Of a stretch of DNA of 64,000 nt, positions 1 to 12,599 are shown piece by piece (the first letter of the stretch is position 1; every line of letters begins with the position of its first letter). The position numbers and the translations under genes are program-made. The stretch covers positions 186,001 through 250,000 of IMG/VR virus record IMGVR_UViG_3300033997_000478; one strand, written 5' to 3'. The notes beneath the pieces are model-generated. The model saw nothing but the letters and a program-made list of their open reading frames with translations. It did no database searches and was not told where the DNA came from.

Positions 1-1
1 G

Positions 2-103
2 GAGATCCTGAAGCGTCAGCTCGACACGCTGTTTGACAGGACTGGTCTGGAGCCGTGGCCGGAATGCGAGAAGTCCTTGCAGGAGTATTGGGAAAGCTTC
101 TGA
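2..103 (+). CDS. 3' end of a CDS truncated by the window edge
   Basis: Open frame EILKRQLDTLFDRTGLEPWPECEKSLQEYWESF to TGA at 101-103. Confidence 0.4.
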   Translation, partial: EILKRQLDTLFDRTGLEPWPECEKSLQEYWESF

Positions 104-110
104 ACGAGTT

Positions 111-434
111 ATGGAGTTTGAAATGTTCAACTGGTTCAAAGAAAGGCGCCGCCGCAAGGACATGGCCCAGATGCTGGCTGCCGAGTTGATCAACCTCTGC
201 GAAACCCTGAAGATGACGCGGGGTGAGATTGTCGAGATGTTGATCATCAATCAAGGCGTGCTCGAAGAGTTCGATTGGGACGGACCTGAAGAAGGGCGCC
301 GTAAGCGTTACTTCGAATTCCTGGTGGAGCAGAATCTGGTGCCCGTCAAACGGCTGGAACTGCTCAGGACCAACCCGGACATCGAAGCACAGCTTCAAAC
401 CTGGTTCGAGCAACCCTCGCTCATCCAGTTGTAA
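111..434 (+). CDS. hypothetical protein
   Basis: ORF 33..434; ATG at 111 (or 123) just after the upstream stop. Confidence 0.6.
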   Translation: MEFEMFNWFKERRRRKDMAQMLAAELINLCETLKMTRGEIVEMLIINQGVLEEFDWDGPEEGRRKRYFEFLVEQNLVPVKRLELLRTNPDIEAQLQTWFEQPSLIQL

Positions 435-537
435 TTTCGCACAGCCGTGCGAAACCCTGTGTACGACGGTGAGGGCCCAAAGCGGACAGGCCGTCGTGCA
501 TTTCAATCAACGCTAAACACCAACAAAGGTAAGCGCA

Positions 538-1467
538 ATGAACACCAACACCAACGGCCGCCGCGAACTGACCGTCGATGAACGTACCCAGCTGTGGTTT
601 TCCACTCAGGTTAATCCCAAGGTCGCGTTGGATCGCAAGCTTGCATTCGAGTCGGGGAACATGCTGACGGCTGAAGCATGTCATGAGATGCTCGACGAGC
701 TTCACATCCCCACCCATGCCGGCGAATTCATGTTCGTCGACCTGCCCAAGGATGGTCTGACGCACGACATGATCACCTTCAAGCCGGAGTGGATTGACAG
801 CAGCGGCCTGCCCTATGGGGCGATCAAGTGGGGTATGCTCAACATCGGTGCCCGGCGCGACAGCAAGATCTGCATGTGCTTCCTGCTCGACCAGCCGGCC
901 ATCGTGGAGATCAGTCGTTTCGACGAATCGGTCACGGTGAACATCGTGATCGGCACGCGCACGCGGGTGAAAATGGGTCAGGACCACTACACGATCTTTA
1001 CCCGTGGCATGCGCGATGAAGAGCAGCGTTTTGAACGGCGTATGGATCCCCAAGGTCAGCCGGTGTGGGTACCCACCCGTGTGCTGAAGAACACCATCCT
1101 GCCGACGGCACTGAACTGCCCCACCACGATCTGGAACTACCAGCGTGAAGTCGGTAAGCAGTTGTGCTGGCGTTGGAATGACAACCAGAACGGCGAACTA
1201 CTTGTGTCGGTGGACGATGTACTGGGTCGCTACACGATCTTCAACGGCCCCACTACGGCGGAGATGGCGCAGGCGTTCTACACCCACATCAACGTGCTGA
1301 ACTTGAATCATCCGTTGGATGACAAGGACAAACGTTGGCTCAACCCGATCGAGTTCTTCGACCTCCTGCATCGGATGGCCGTGGTCCTCGGTGTGGACGA
1401 AGACAAACTTCGCACCATCCGGGAAGAGGCCGCCCGCGCAGCCGCTGCCTGGAACCCGGCGCAATAA
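538..1467 (+). CDS. hypothetical protein (309 aa)
   Basis: Long ORF, AAAGGT RBS-like sequence upstream, followed by a hairpin. Confidence 0.75.
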   Translation: MNTNTNGRRELTVDERTQLWFSTQVNPKVALDRKLAFESGNMLTAEACHEMLDELHIPTHAGEFMFVDLPKDGLTHDMITFKPEWIDSSGLPYGAIKWGMLNIGARRDSKICMCFLLDQPAIVEISRFDESVTVNIVIGTRTRVKMGQDHYTIFTRGMRDEEQRFERRMDPQGQPVWVPTRVLKNTILPTALNCPTTIWNYQREVGKQLCWRWNDNQNGELLVSVDDVLGRYTIFNGPTTAEMAQAFYTHINVLNLNHPLDDKDKRWLNPIEFFDLLHRMAVVLGVDEDKLRTIREEAARAAAAWNPAQ

Positions 1468-1468
1468 A

Positions 1469-4929
<3,461 letters not shown>

Positions 4930-4937
<8 letters not shown>

Positions 4938-5343
4938 GTACTTCGCCATCTACTTCGTGAGCTGTGACGATGACGGCGCTTGCAGTTATCGAGTGAGGCT
5001 TATCCGGGCCAAGGACCTGACTCACGCACTCGCCACCCCGGTGGGTGGCAACAAGGTTCTCGATGTGGTCGAAGCGCACAAGTTCGAACGCGTCATGGCC
5101 TCGCTCACCTTCCCGACCAACCCGATCCATTACCAGTGGGCCTACATGACCGCTCGTCAGGAGTTCTGGGGGTTGGGTCACCACCGTGATCCTGATCAGG
5201 ACGAACTGGAAGAGCAGGCCCTCGCCGATTACGGTCGCGGCATTGCGCAGGAAGTCTTGATCCTTGATGCCCGTGAGGCTTTGCTCTTCCTGCAAAGTGC
5301 CCACGCCGCTTGGGAACTATACCAACAGGAAATTGCATCATGA
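4930..5343 (+). CDS. hypothetical protein
   Basis: 137-aa ORF overlapping both neighbours. Confidence 0.65.
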
Positions 5344-5780
5344 AGACCGTCTTCTATCTGGTATGGGGTCAAGGCGATCAGCTGGAAATCCTCGACCGTA
5401 AGGAACCGGACGACAGCTTCACCCACCCCCAAGAGTACGAAGACTGGGACGTCCATGTCCTGATCGCGATCTTCGGTGAGCAGCGCTTCCGCGCCGCCAT
5501 CCAGTCGTTGCAAGACTTGCGTATTGTGGATGGACATTACTACGCCCTCCTCTCGCGTAACTTGGCCTTCTACGATCTGGGTGCGGTTGACAACTACGAC
5601 CCCGAAGCACTGGCGGCTGAAGCTCTCAAGCGTCATGCCGGTCCCTACGAACAGAGCGCCACCGTCTTCACCGCCACTCAGGTCAGTGAGATCCTGCGTA
5701 TGGGTCTGTACAGCCTGCAATGTCTTGACCAGGAGAAACAGAACGATGCGAGTACGGGAACATCGAGCACTGCTGGTTGA
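5340..5780 (+). CDS. hypothetical protein
   Basis: ATGA start/stop overlap at 5340. Confidence 0.65.
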   Translation: MKTVFYLVWGQGDQLEILDRKEPDDSFTHPQEYEDWDVHVLIAIFGEQRFRAAIQSLQDLRIVDGHYYALLSRNLAFYDLGAVDNYDPEALAAEALKRHAGPYEQSATVFTATQVSEILRMGLYSLQCLDQEKQNDASTGTSSTAG

Positions 5781-6255
5781 GTCGCTGGAAACGGCGGTTG
5801 AGATCGCAGAGAACCGGCCGGCGCTGGTAGCGCACGTCATCAAAACGTGCGCACCGCTGCTGGAGGTGAAGGCTCGCGACATCAAGGTCAAGCCGTATGG
5901 TCCCCACCCCGGTCTAGGTGACCCGGAATGGATCGTCCTCATCGAGGGGTACGGTGTGTTCGGGTTTATTGACCGTGTGGTTGAACCTGGCCCTTGGCTG
6001 ACCGAAGGGTTCTACCCGGACCTGCTGGAGCGCTACCGCGAAATCCTACGTGCCGCAGAAGACTGGGTCGGCCCTGACAAAGCCGGCCGTACCCATCTGC
6101 TGTGGATGCTAGATGAACTGGAATGTCGCCACGAACAGAGCCTGACCAAGAAGCATCGTTGGTTGGGTTTCATCCAAGGGGTGATGATCGATCGCGGTTT
6201 GATGACGGTGGACGAAGAGCGCGATCACACGCGCTCTGTTTTCCTCGGGGCCTGA
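5746..6255 (+). CDS. conserved phage protein of unknown function
   Basis: ATG 5746 after AGGAG; C-terminal HLLWML..KKHRWLGFIQG..ERD motif recalled from other phage hypotheticals. Confidence 0.7.
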   Translation: MRVREHRALLVESLETAVEIAENRPALVAHVIKTCAPLLEVKARDIKVKPYGPHPGLGDPEWIVLIEGYGVFGFIDRVVEPGPWLTEGFYPDLLERYREILRAAEDWVGPDKAGRTHLLWMLDELECRHEQSLTKKHRWLGFIQGVMIDRGLMTVDEERDHTRSVFLGA

Positions 6256-6363
6256 AAGGCTAATAGTGTGTAGTTGTTCTGCTCTCCGGGCTCATGGCCC
6301 GGAGGGTATTATGCTGTCGATTTTTACGATCGACCCTCATTTTACGCATACAAGGAGATAGCA

Positions 6364-6723
6364 GTGTCCATCATTGAAACGGCGTCCATTACGGGCGCTT
6401 ACGGTGAAGTAATCCGGGTCAACCCACTCTCGCACACGCCGATGGTCGAAGTGCGCGTCACCGTGACTCCCAAGGGTGCGAGGAAGTCGCTGGACCTGAG
6501 CCTGTACTACGGTTTCATCACCAGCCCCCGTAGTGTGGATCTGGACGTGGCGGCGATCGATCTGTTTGAAGACATCCGCATCCATGCCTCTGAATGCTTG
6601 GCTATCGCCGGCTACAAGCTGCCCAAACCCAAGGATGGCAAGTCCGCGCTGGTGATTGGGTTCACTCAGAAATTCCGCGACCATCACGCATATTGGCCGC
6701 AGGGCCTGAAGGTGCTGGCATAA
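6364..6723 (+). CDS. hypothetical protein
   Basis: GTG at 6364 preceded by AAGGAG. Confidence 0.6.
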   Translation: MSIIETASITGAYGEVIRVNPLSHTPMVEVRVTVTPKGARKSLDLSLYYGFITSPRSVDLDVAAIDLFEDIRIHASECLAIAGYKLPKPKDGKSALVIGFTQKFRDHHAYWPQGLKVLA

Positions 6724-6766
6724 AGTCGCTTCGACACACCTTTTCCGTCAATACCCTGGAAGTACC

Positions 6767-8500
6767 ATGTCCTTGAAAATCGAACGCCGTCCAGTACCTG
6801 ACTACGACAAGTCAGCATGGCCCCCCACCACACTCCCGATCATTCGTGACATCTACGCTTCTCGCGGTGTTACCAAGCCGGAGAGCGTGACCCATGTTCT
6901 TTCCAAGATGATCCACTGGAAAGAGCTGGGCGGTATTGTCGAGGCTGCCAAGATCATCGCTCAGGCTATTCGTGAGCAGTGGTTCATTACGATCTCTGGC
7001 GACTACGACTGCGACGGCGCCACCGGTACATCGGTGGCAGTGCTGGGCCTGAAGATGCTCGGGGCTCGCAACGTCAAGTTCATTGTCCCCAATCGCTTCA
7101 AGCACGGCTACGGCCTGAGCCCGGCGTTGGTGGATGACATGGATGAACGCACTCAGTTGATCATCACGGTCGACTCGGGTACGTCCAACGTGGACGGTGT
7201 GGCACGAGCCAAGGAACTGGGACGCAAGGTGGTCATCACCGACCACCATCTGCAAGGTGAAAAGCTGCCTGATGCAGATGCCATCGTCAATCCGAATTTG
7301 ATTGGCGATCCGTTCCCCTCCAAGGCGCTGGCTGGTGTGGGCGTGATGTTCTACGTCCTGCTGGCCACTCGCGCTTACATGCGTACTCAGGAGCCGGTGA
7401 CGCAAGCCGAGCCGGATCTGCGCAAGCTGTTGGATCTGGTAGCACTGGGCACGATTGCCGATCTGGTACCGCTGGATCAGAACAATCGCATCTTGGTCGC
7501 TGCGGGTCTGCGGGGCATACGTGCTGGTCAGATCTCTCCGGGATTGAAAGCCCTGATTGAAAAGGCGGGTAAGAACATCCGTGAACTGACCGCTACCGAC
7601 TTCGCCTTTGCCGTGGGCCCACGGTTGAATGCAGCTGGCCGCATGGAAGACATGTCCATCGGCATCACCGCACTGATCAGTGAAGACCCCGCCCAGATCG
7701 ATCAGTACGTCGATGAGCTCGAAGAGATTAACTCTCTGCGAAAAGAAAAACAGCAGGAGATGATCGGCGAAGCCGAGGAGATCTTGGCCGCAGACAGCGA
7801 GCTGTTGGGCAAGGGTGTGGTCGTCTACGATCCCAAGTGGCATTCGGGTATCGTCGGTCTGGTAGCCTCCAAGCTGAAGGAGACCCTGTACCGTCCGGTC
7901 ATCGCCCTGTCGCCTGCCGAAGAAGGCAGTACCGAACTGCGTGGCTCGGCGCGTTCGATCCCCGGCTTCCACCTGCGTGATGCACTGGCGGTGGTGGATG
8001 CGCGCAATCCTGGCCTGATGAAGAAGTTCGGTGGTCACGCCATGGCCGCTGGCCTGAGCATGCACATCGACAACGTGGAGCGCTTCACCAAGGCCTTTGC
8101 TGAAGTAGCTGAGGAGTTGATCACTCCGGACATGCTCAGTGCTACGGTCCTGCACGACGGTGAAGTGCCGGAAGGCTATTTCACTGCCGGCTTTGTCGAC
8201 TTCCTTAACGAGTGCGGTCCGTGGGGTCAGGGCTTCCCGGCTCCGTTCTTCCAGAACGTGTTTGACGTGGATGTGGAGTACTGCAAGGTGCTCAACAACC
8301 GCATCACTCAGGAACCCACCCACCTGAAGTTGTGTCTGTACGATCCGCGTGATGGTCAGCAGGTCTGGGGAATTCATTTCTTCTCTGAGTTCCTGGACAA
8401 CATCCCGACCAAGGCCCGAATCACCTTTGAACTGGCCATTGACACCTACCGTGGCCGCAACGCACAGCTGGTTGTGCGCCACATCGAACCTTTGGAGTGA
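6767..8500 (+). CDS. recJ: single-stranded DNA exonuclease RecJ (DHH family)
   Basis: GDYDCDG, ITVDSG, TDHH, DLVALGTIAD, GPRLNAAGR, RGSARS, FGGHAMAAG. Confidence 0.95.
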   Translation: MSLKIERRPVPDYDKSAWPPTTLPIIRDIYASRGVTKPESVTHVLSKMIHWKELGGIVEAAKIIAQAIREQWFITISGDYDCDGATGTSVAVLGLKMLGARNVKFIVPNRFKHGYGLSPALVDDMDERTQLIITVDSGTSNVDGVARAKELGRKVVITDHHLQGEKLPDADAIVNPNLIGDPFPSKALAGVGVMFYVLLATRAYMRTQEPVTQAEPDLRKLLDLVALGTIADLVPLDQNNRILVAAGLRGIRAGQISPGLKALIEKAGKNIRELTATDFAFAVGPRLNAAGRMEDMSIGITALISEDPAQIDQYVDELEEINSLRKEKQQEMIGEAEEILAADSELLGKGVVVYDPKWHSGIVGLVASKLKETLYRPVIALSPAEEGSTELRGSARSIPGFHLRDALAVVDARNPGLMKKFGGHAMAAGLSMHIDNVERFTKAFAEVAEELITPDMLSATVLHDGEVPEGYFTAGFVDFLNECGPWGQGFPAPFFQNVFDVDVEYCKVLNNRITQEPTHLKLCLYDPRDGQQVWGIHFFSEFLDNIPTKARITFELAIDTYRGRNAQLVVRHIEPLE

Positions 8501-8503
8501 GAG

Positions 8504-8821
8504 ATGCGAAACAAGGAATACCCCTATACCTCCCCGCTGCCGCTGTTCTACGTCGTCGGCGTTGTACTTCTGATGGGTGGCGTGCTGCTCAATGCAAGCT
8601 GCTCCCGGCAGGTCACCCCGCAGGAACAGGAGGAGCAGTTGCGCGCCGCTCAGGTGGCCCGCGGCGAGACCATCCCAACCGTGCCTGAGCGCGCGGCATG
8701 GGTGGGTCTGAACAAAGACGTTGACAAGTTGGTCGACCCTGACACCGGCAACGTCTGCTATCGCCTCAACGGTGACCGGAGCCCCGAACGCCTGCGCTTT
8801 GACTGCGTACAGGGGAAGTAA
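8504..8821 (+). CDS. small membrane-anchored protein, possible lipoprotein
   Basis: Hydrophobic N-terminal stretch ending in NASC; C-terminal LVDPDTGNVCY..DCV. Confidence 0.7.
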   Translation: MRNKEYPYTSPLPLFYVVGVVLLMGGVLLNASCSRQVTPQEQEEQLRAAQVARGETIPTVPERAAWVGLNKDVDKLVDPDTGNVCYRLNGDRSPERLRFDCVQGK

Positions 8822-8823
8822 CC

Positions 8824-9453
8824 ATGGCTTCTTCGGTTTACTTCACCTTCCAGGCACAGCTGAGCAAGGACACACCCAAGTGGATCATCGAGGCCATCCA
8901 AGCGATGGTCAGCGAAGATGATTCCGATCCGGCGGTGTTGGAAAAGATCATGGATCTCACCCGTAGCGACCTGGACAAGTTCTTCAAGCAGCATCGCTGG
9001 GAACGTCTGTTGACGCAGCGTGACTGCGCCTGGCCGGAGGACAATGAGGCGCCGCCGACGCGTTTTGATCCGGTACTCGACGAAGACGGCAAGCTGGTGC
9101 GCTGGGGTCTGTACGGCGCCTCCAGTGTCAAGCGCAACGGCTGGGATCTGGCCTACGAGTTCGCCAACATGATCGGTCCGTGGTTGGAACCCGAGCACAA
9201 CCTTGTCGACGTCTCTGAAGGGCGGAAATGTCAGCCGTTCATGCTGGCTCAGGACGATGTGCCCTTCGATGCCGATCGTCCCGAACTCACGCTCTACTTC
9301 CGTCACGGCATGCGCGCCGTGACGCAGTACCGAGTGCGGGAATACATCGACGACTTCCCGATCCCGACCTGCTGGGGCGAAGCCCATACGTGGGGTATGG
9401 AGAAGTCCAAACCCGTCAGCGTCTTCGACGTGGGCAAACTCGTGACCAACTGA
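8824..9453 (+). CDS. phage protein of unknown function (paralog of 16025..16585)
   Basis: LSKDTPKWIIEAIQAM N-terminal motif shared with 16025..16585. Confidence 0.7.
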   Translation: MASSVYFTFQAQLSKDTPKWIIEAIQAMVSEDDSDPAVLEKIMDLTRSDLDKFFKQHRWERLLTQRDCAWPEDNEAPPTRFDPVLDEDGKLVRWGLYGASSVKRNGWDLAYEFANMIGPWLEPEHNLVDVSEGRKCQPFMLAQDDVPFDADRPELTLYFRHGMRAVTQYRVREYIDDFPIPTCWGEAHTWGMEKSKPVSVFDVGKLVTN

Positions 9454-9460
9454 TAAGACC

Positions 9461-9997
9461 ATGAGCGAACAGACATTATCCAACACCCCGCCGCCCATGC
9501 CGACAGACGAAACTGATCGGAAGATGTGGTTCTACGTGCTGTCCACGGCCGGCCGTCTACTTCAGCCGCCGCAGGATGAACTGTGGAGTGACCACGCCAG
9601 CGGTTCAAACCACGTCGACATCAACCTACATGGCATCCCACCGCTCTGGCTGCTGCAACGTGGTGGGCTGCAGAGCTGCGACATCCATCGCACAGTCAGG
9701 GCGGTTGACGATCTGGTCCACACCAAGACCTTCACGATCAATACGCCCAACTATCCACGCCGCATCGAGATCCAACGCGATCGCGACAAGATGCTGCGGG
9801 TGTGGGAGCTTTGGCACGAGCTCGGCCGTAAGCTACACGACTACCTGGCTGAGATCTTCAGTCTGCACACCGAGCCGGGGCACTGGTATATCCCCTTCAA
9901 GCTCACCCTGGAATACAGCGATTACGGCCAGAAGATCGTGGCCGCTGTGCATTATCGCGAAATGAAGCGAGTGGAGGAAATTGCCAATGTATCTTGA
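9461..9997 (+). CDS. hypothetical protein
   Basis: 178-aa ORF in an operon-like arrangement. Confidence 0.65.
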   Translation: MSEQTLSNTPPPMPTDETDRKMWFYVLSTAGRLLQPPQDELWSDHASGSNHVDINLHGIPPLWLLQRGGLQSCDIHRTVRAVDDLVHTKTFTINTPNYPRRIEIQRDRDKMLRVWELWHELGRKLHDYLAEIFSLHTEPGHWYIPFKLTLEYSDYGQKIVAAVHYREMKRVEEIANVS

Positions 9998-10652
9998 ACA
10001 ACCCCGCCTGCGTGAGATCACCCTGCTCTCGCTGGACACCACGGCCTTGGAGGTAGCTACGGCTGTCTTCAAGGACATTCCGTTCAACGACACGCTGGCC
10101 AAGGCCGACGTGATCGTCAAGGCCCGCACCTGCACGCTGGAGAAGCTGCTGGCTACGGAAAGTTTCGATGCCATCGCCGCACCGGGCAACAGCTTCGGCC
10201 ACATGACCGGTGGCTTTGACGGAGCGTTGGCTGCGCAGTACCCCTTCTTGGATAAGCGCGTGCGCGACTACATCCAAGCGGTGTTCTGCGGGGAGTGCAA
10301 TGTGGGGCAGGCCTTTGAGGTATCGGCAGACCGCTTTGGTCCTTCGATCATCTACGCCCCGACCATGCGTATCCCCAAGAAGCTGCCCGACAACAGCGAA
10401 GCACCGTACCTAGCCACCTTCGCAATCATGCAGGTGGTGCGTCGGATCAACCTCGGCGCACAAGGCGAGACGATGCCGCCGGAAGGCATTAACACCCTGC
10501 TGTTGCCGGTGATGGGCATGGGTACCGGTCTGTTGCCGATCACCAAGGTGGCTCGCCAGATGCAGATGGCCATCGTGCGCGCCCTGGACCACAGCCCGAT
10601 CGACACCCTGGGTAACATGGGGTATGCGATCGACACCGTCATCAACCGCTGA
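9987..10652 (+). CDS. macrodomain (ADP-ribose binding/hydrolase) protein
   Basis: DAIAAPGNSFGHMTGGFDGAL, IYAPTMR and LPVMGMGTG match macrodomain signatures. Confidence 0.85.
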   Translation: MYLEQPRLREITLLSLDTTALEVATAVFKDIPFNDTLAKADVIVKARTCTLEKLLATESFDAIAAPGNSFGHMTGGFDGALAAQYPFLDKRVRDYIQAVFCGECNVGQAFEVSADRFGPSIIYAPTMRIPKKLPDNSEAPYLATFAIMQVVRRINLGAQGETMPPEGINTLLLPVMGMGTGLLPITKVARQMQMAIVRALDHSPIDTLGNMGYAIDTVINR

Positions 10653-10662
10653 AGGTCTTTCG

Positions 10663-10917
10663 ATGTCGAAAATGTCAACGGTACTCGCACTCGTGGTGGG
10701 CGGATTGGCGGCGGTGGTTGTGGTGAACGCACGATCTGCGCGCACCGGTTTCTTCTCGGTGGAAAGTCAGGTGCAGTTTGACGAGACTTACTTCTATCGC
10801 CTGATCGACCGCGAACTGGGGACGGTCTGCTACTACCGGCACGCCAGTCGCATGCCGCCGATACCGCTGGGGTGCGTTAAGTACGCCGAACCCCCGGCCC
10901 AACCAAGGAAGCTGTAA
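10663..10917 (+). CDS. small membrane-anchored protein (paralog of 8504..8821)
   Basis: N-terminal TM segment; LIDRELGTVCYY..GCV. Confidence 0.65.
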   Translation: MSKMSTVLALVVGGLAAVVVVNARSARTGFFSVESQVQFDETYFYRLIDRELGTVCYYRHASRMPPIPLGCVKYAEPPAQPRKL

Positions 10918-11339
10918 TGGAAGTGGTAGTCAAAGAAACCCCGCCGGTTCGTCAATTCTTGGCCGATTGGTCTAGGCAGGTCAACCCGAAAGCGTGCTCG
11001 CCACTTGCGAAAATGGAACTTCGCATCACCCACGACGTCACGAAGCATGTCGGCAAGTTGGATGAGTGCCTCGCCAAGTTCAAGAAACCGCGTAACAGTG
11101 CGATTGGCCCCTCGTACTCGCGCCTGCTGCGGGGCCTCTACGTGCATGCTCACAAGGGCCGTTCCAAGCGCAAGCACTGGCGCCCGCGCAAGCCGCTGGA
11201 GCTGGTGGAAGTCTACGTACTCGGCAATTCGTACGTGACCGCTCCACCACACACCGTGCACGTCCCCAGTTCGGGACTGCTAGAAATCAACCACACCTTC
11301 ACTTTCAAGGATCCCGATGAAATCTCTGCTGAACAGTGA
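10917..11339 (+). CDS. basic protein carrying the RGxYxHxHKG motif
   Basis: LRGLYVHAHKGRSKRKH at 11127..11177. Confidence 0.7.
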   Translation: MEVVVKETPPVRQFLADWSRQVNPKACSPLAKMELRITHDVTKHVGKLDECLAKFKKPRNSAIGPSYSRLLRGLYVHAHKGRSKRKHWRPRKPLELVEVYVLGNSYVTAPPHTVHVPSSGLLEINHTFTFKDPDEISAEQ

Positions 11340-11703
11340 ACCGGTGGATACCCAGTCCACCAAACGCGCCATTCCGCTGGCGAGTGAACTCAAAGCCAAC
11401 GGTGTACGGATCAACCCGTGCTTCATCGCCGAAGATGGGAAGCTCGATTTCCTCCCCGGTGCGAACCGGGTCGATGAACTGCACAACGATCCGACCTTTG
11501 CCAATGAGCCGCTCGTGCTGACCAACCGCAACGGCGCCAGCTACATGGAGTTCGTCAACTCCACCTTCTTCGCCCTGTGGATCTGGCTCTACCCCGATCT
11601 GCAGATTCCCATGGGGCAGGAGCGTGAGAAGCTGCGCGACCACGTCCACATCGCCGCCCAGCTGAAAGCTGCCCAGCTCGGCCTGAAGCTGTACCTCAGC
11701 TGA
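11317..11703 (+). CDS. hypothetical protein
   Basis: 128-aa ORF coupled to neighbours. Confidence 0.6.
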   Translation: MKSLLNSEPVDTQSTKRAIPLASELKANGVRINPCFIAEDGKLDFLPGANRVDELHNDPTFANEPLVLTNRNGASYMEFVNSTFFALWIWLYPDLQIPMGQEREKLRDHVHIAAQLKAAQLGLKLYLS

Positions 11704-12599
11704 TGCGTATCGGCGCCGGCACACCAGCGCATCTGGCCCAACGCGGGCTGGATGCAAAGCTGTACAACCAGTACGGTGAGCTGCGCGGAGCGCTGTTAGC
11801 AACGACACGTAATCCTGAAGGTTGTGTTGTCTCTGTCCTTGAAGACGAGCAATACAACCTTCAGGGGATATGCCTGATCGAAGAAGACGGGCGGATCCAA
11901 GTGTTTGTCCGCGAAGAACATCGTGGTAAAGGTTGGGGGCGAAAGTTGGTGCAAATGGCGTGCATCATCTCCCCTCGACCTCGAAGTGAATTGCAGGCAG
12001 GTCCGGGCGATGCCTTTGTCCCGTCGGTGGACTTCTGGCGTCGTGAACAGATTCCAGTCCATGAACCAGATGGGATGTTCCTCCTACCTGCTTCGGCCTA
12101 TCAGGAAATGAAGGCCGGCAACACCCTGCTCCTGCACAAAGCCGCCGATCGCTTGCGGCGTAACACGGTAACTACCCTGTACCTGCATGGGGCGTTTGAA
12201 CGCAACGTGCCGAAGGACTACAACAGCATCAAGAACTGTTTGGCAGAGTTGGAGTTCTTTTTGTCCAACCCCGTCCTCGACTACACCCAACTGCCTTGCC
12301 ATTACATCGTTTTTCACATGGGATCAGGATCGTGTGGACCAAGGTTCTACAGCACAGGCATCGCTATCGAACGACCCGACAGCAGCATCGAGATCCAGCT
12401 GTATGTTGACCCAACCAAGCGCAAACAGGGGATGGGCCAGAAGATCATCGACACGATCAAGGAAGTCTACCCCGGCCGCACGCTCTGGGGTTATCACACC
12501 GACACATCCCGCTCTCTACTGTTGAGTAACGGGATCAAGAACCTGAGGAAAGAGTTAGATGAATATCCAGTACCCGTCGGAGCTGCAGCCGTTGGCTGA
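11703..12599 (+). CDS. tandem GNAT-family acetyltransferase
   Basis: Two acetyl-CoA motif A copies: VFVREEHRGKGWGRKLV and LYVDPTKRKQGMGQKII. Confidence 0.75.
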   Translation: MRIGAGTPAHLAQRGLDAKLYNQYGELRGALLATTRNPEGCVVSVLEDEQYNLQGICLIEEDGRIQVFVREEHRGKGWGRKLVQMACIISPRPRSELQAGPGDAFVPSVDFWRREQIPVHEPDGMFLLPASAYQEMKAGNTLLLHKAADRLRRNTVTTLYLHGAFERNVPKDYNSIKNCLAELEFFLSNPVLDYTQLPCHYIVFHMGSGSCGPRFYSTGIAIERPDSSIEIQLYVDPTKRKQGMGQKIIDTIKEVYPGRTLWGYHTDTSRSLLLSNGIKNLRKELDEYPVPVGAAAVG

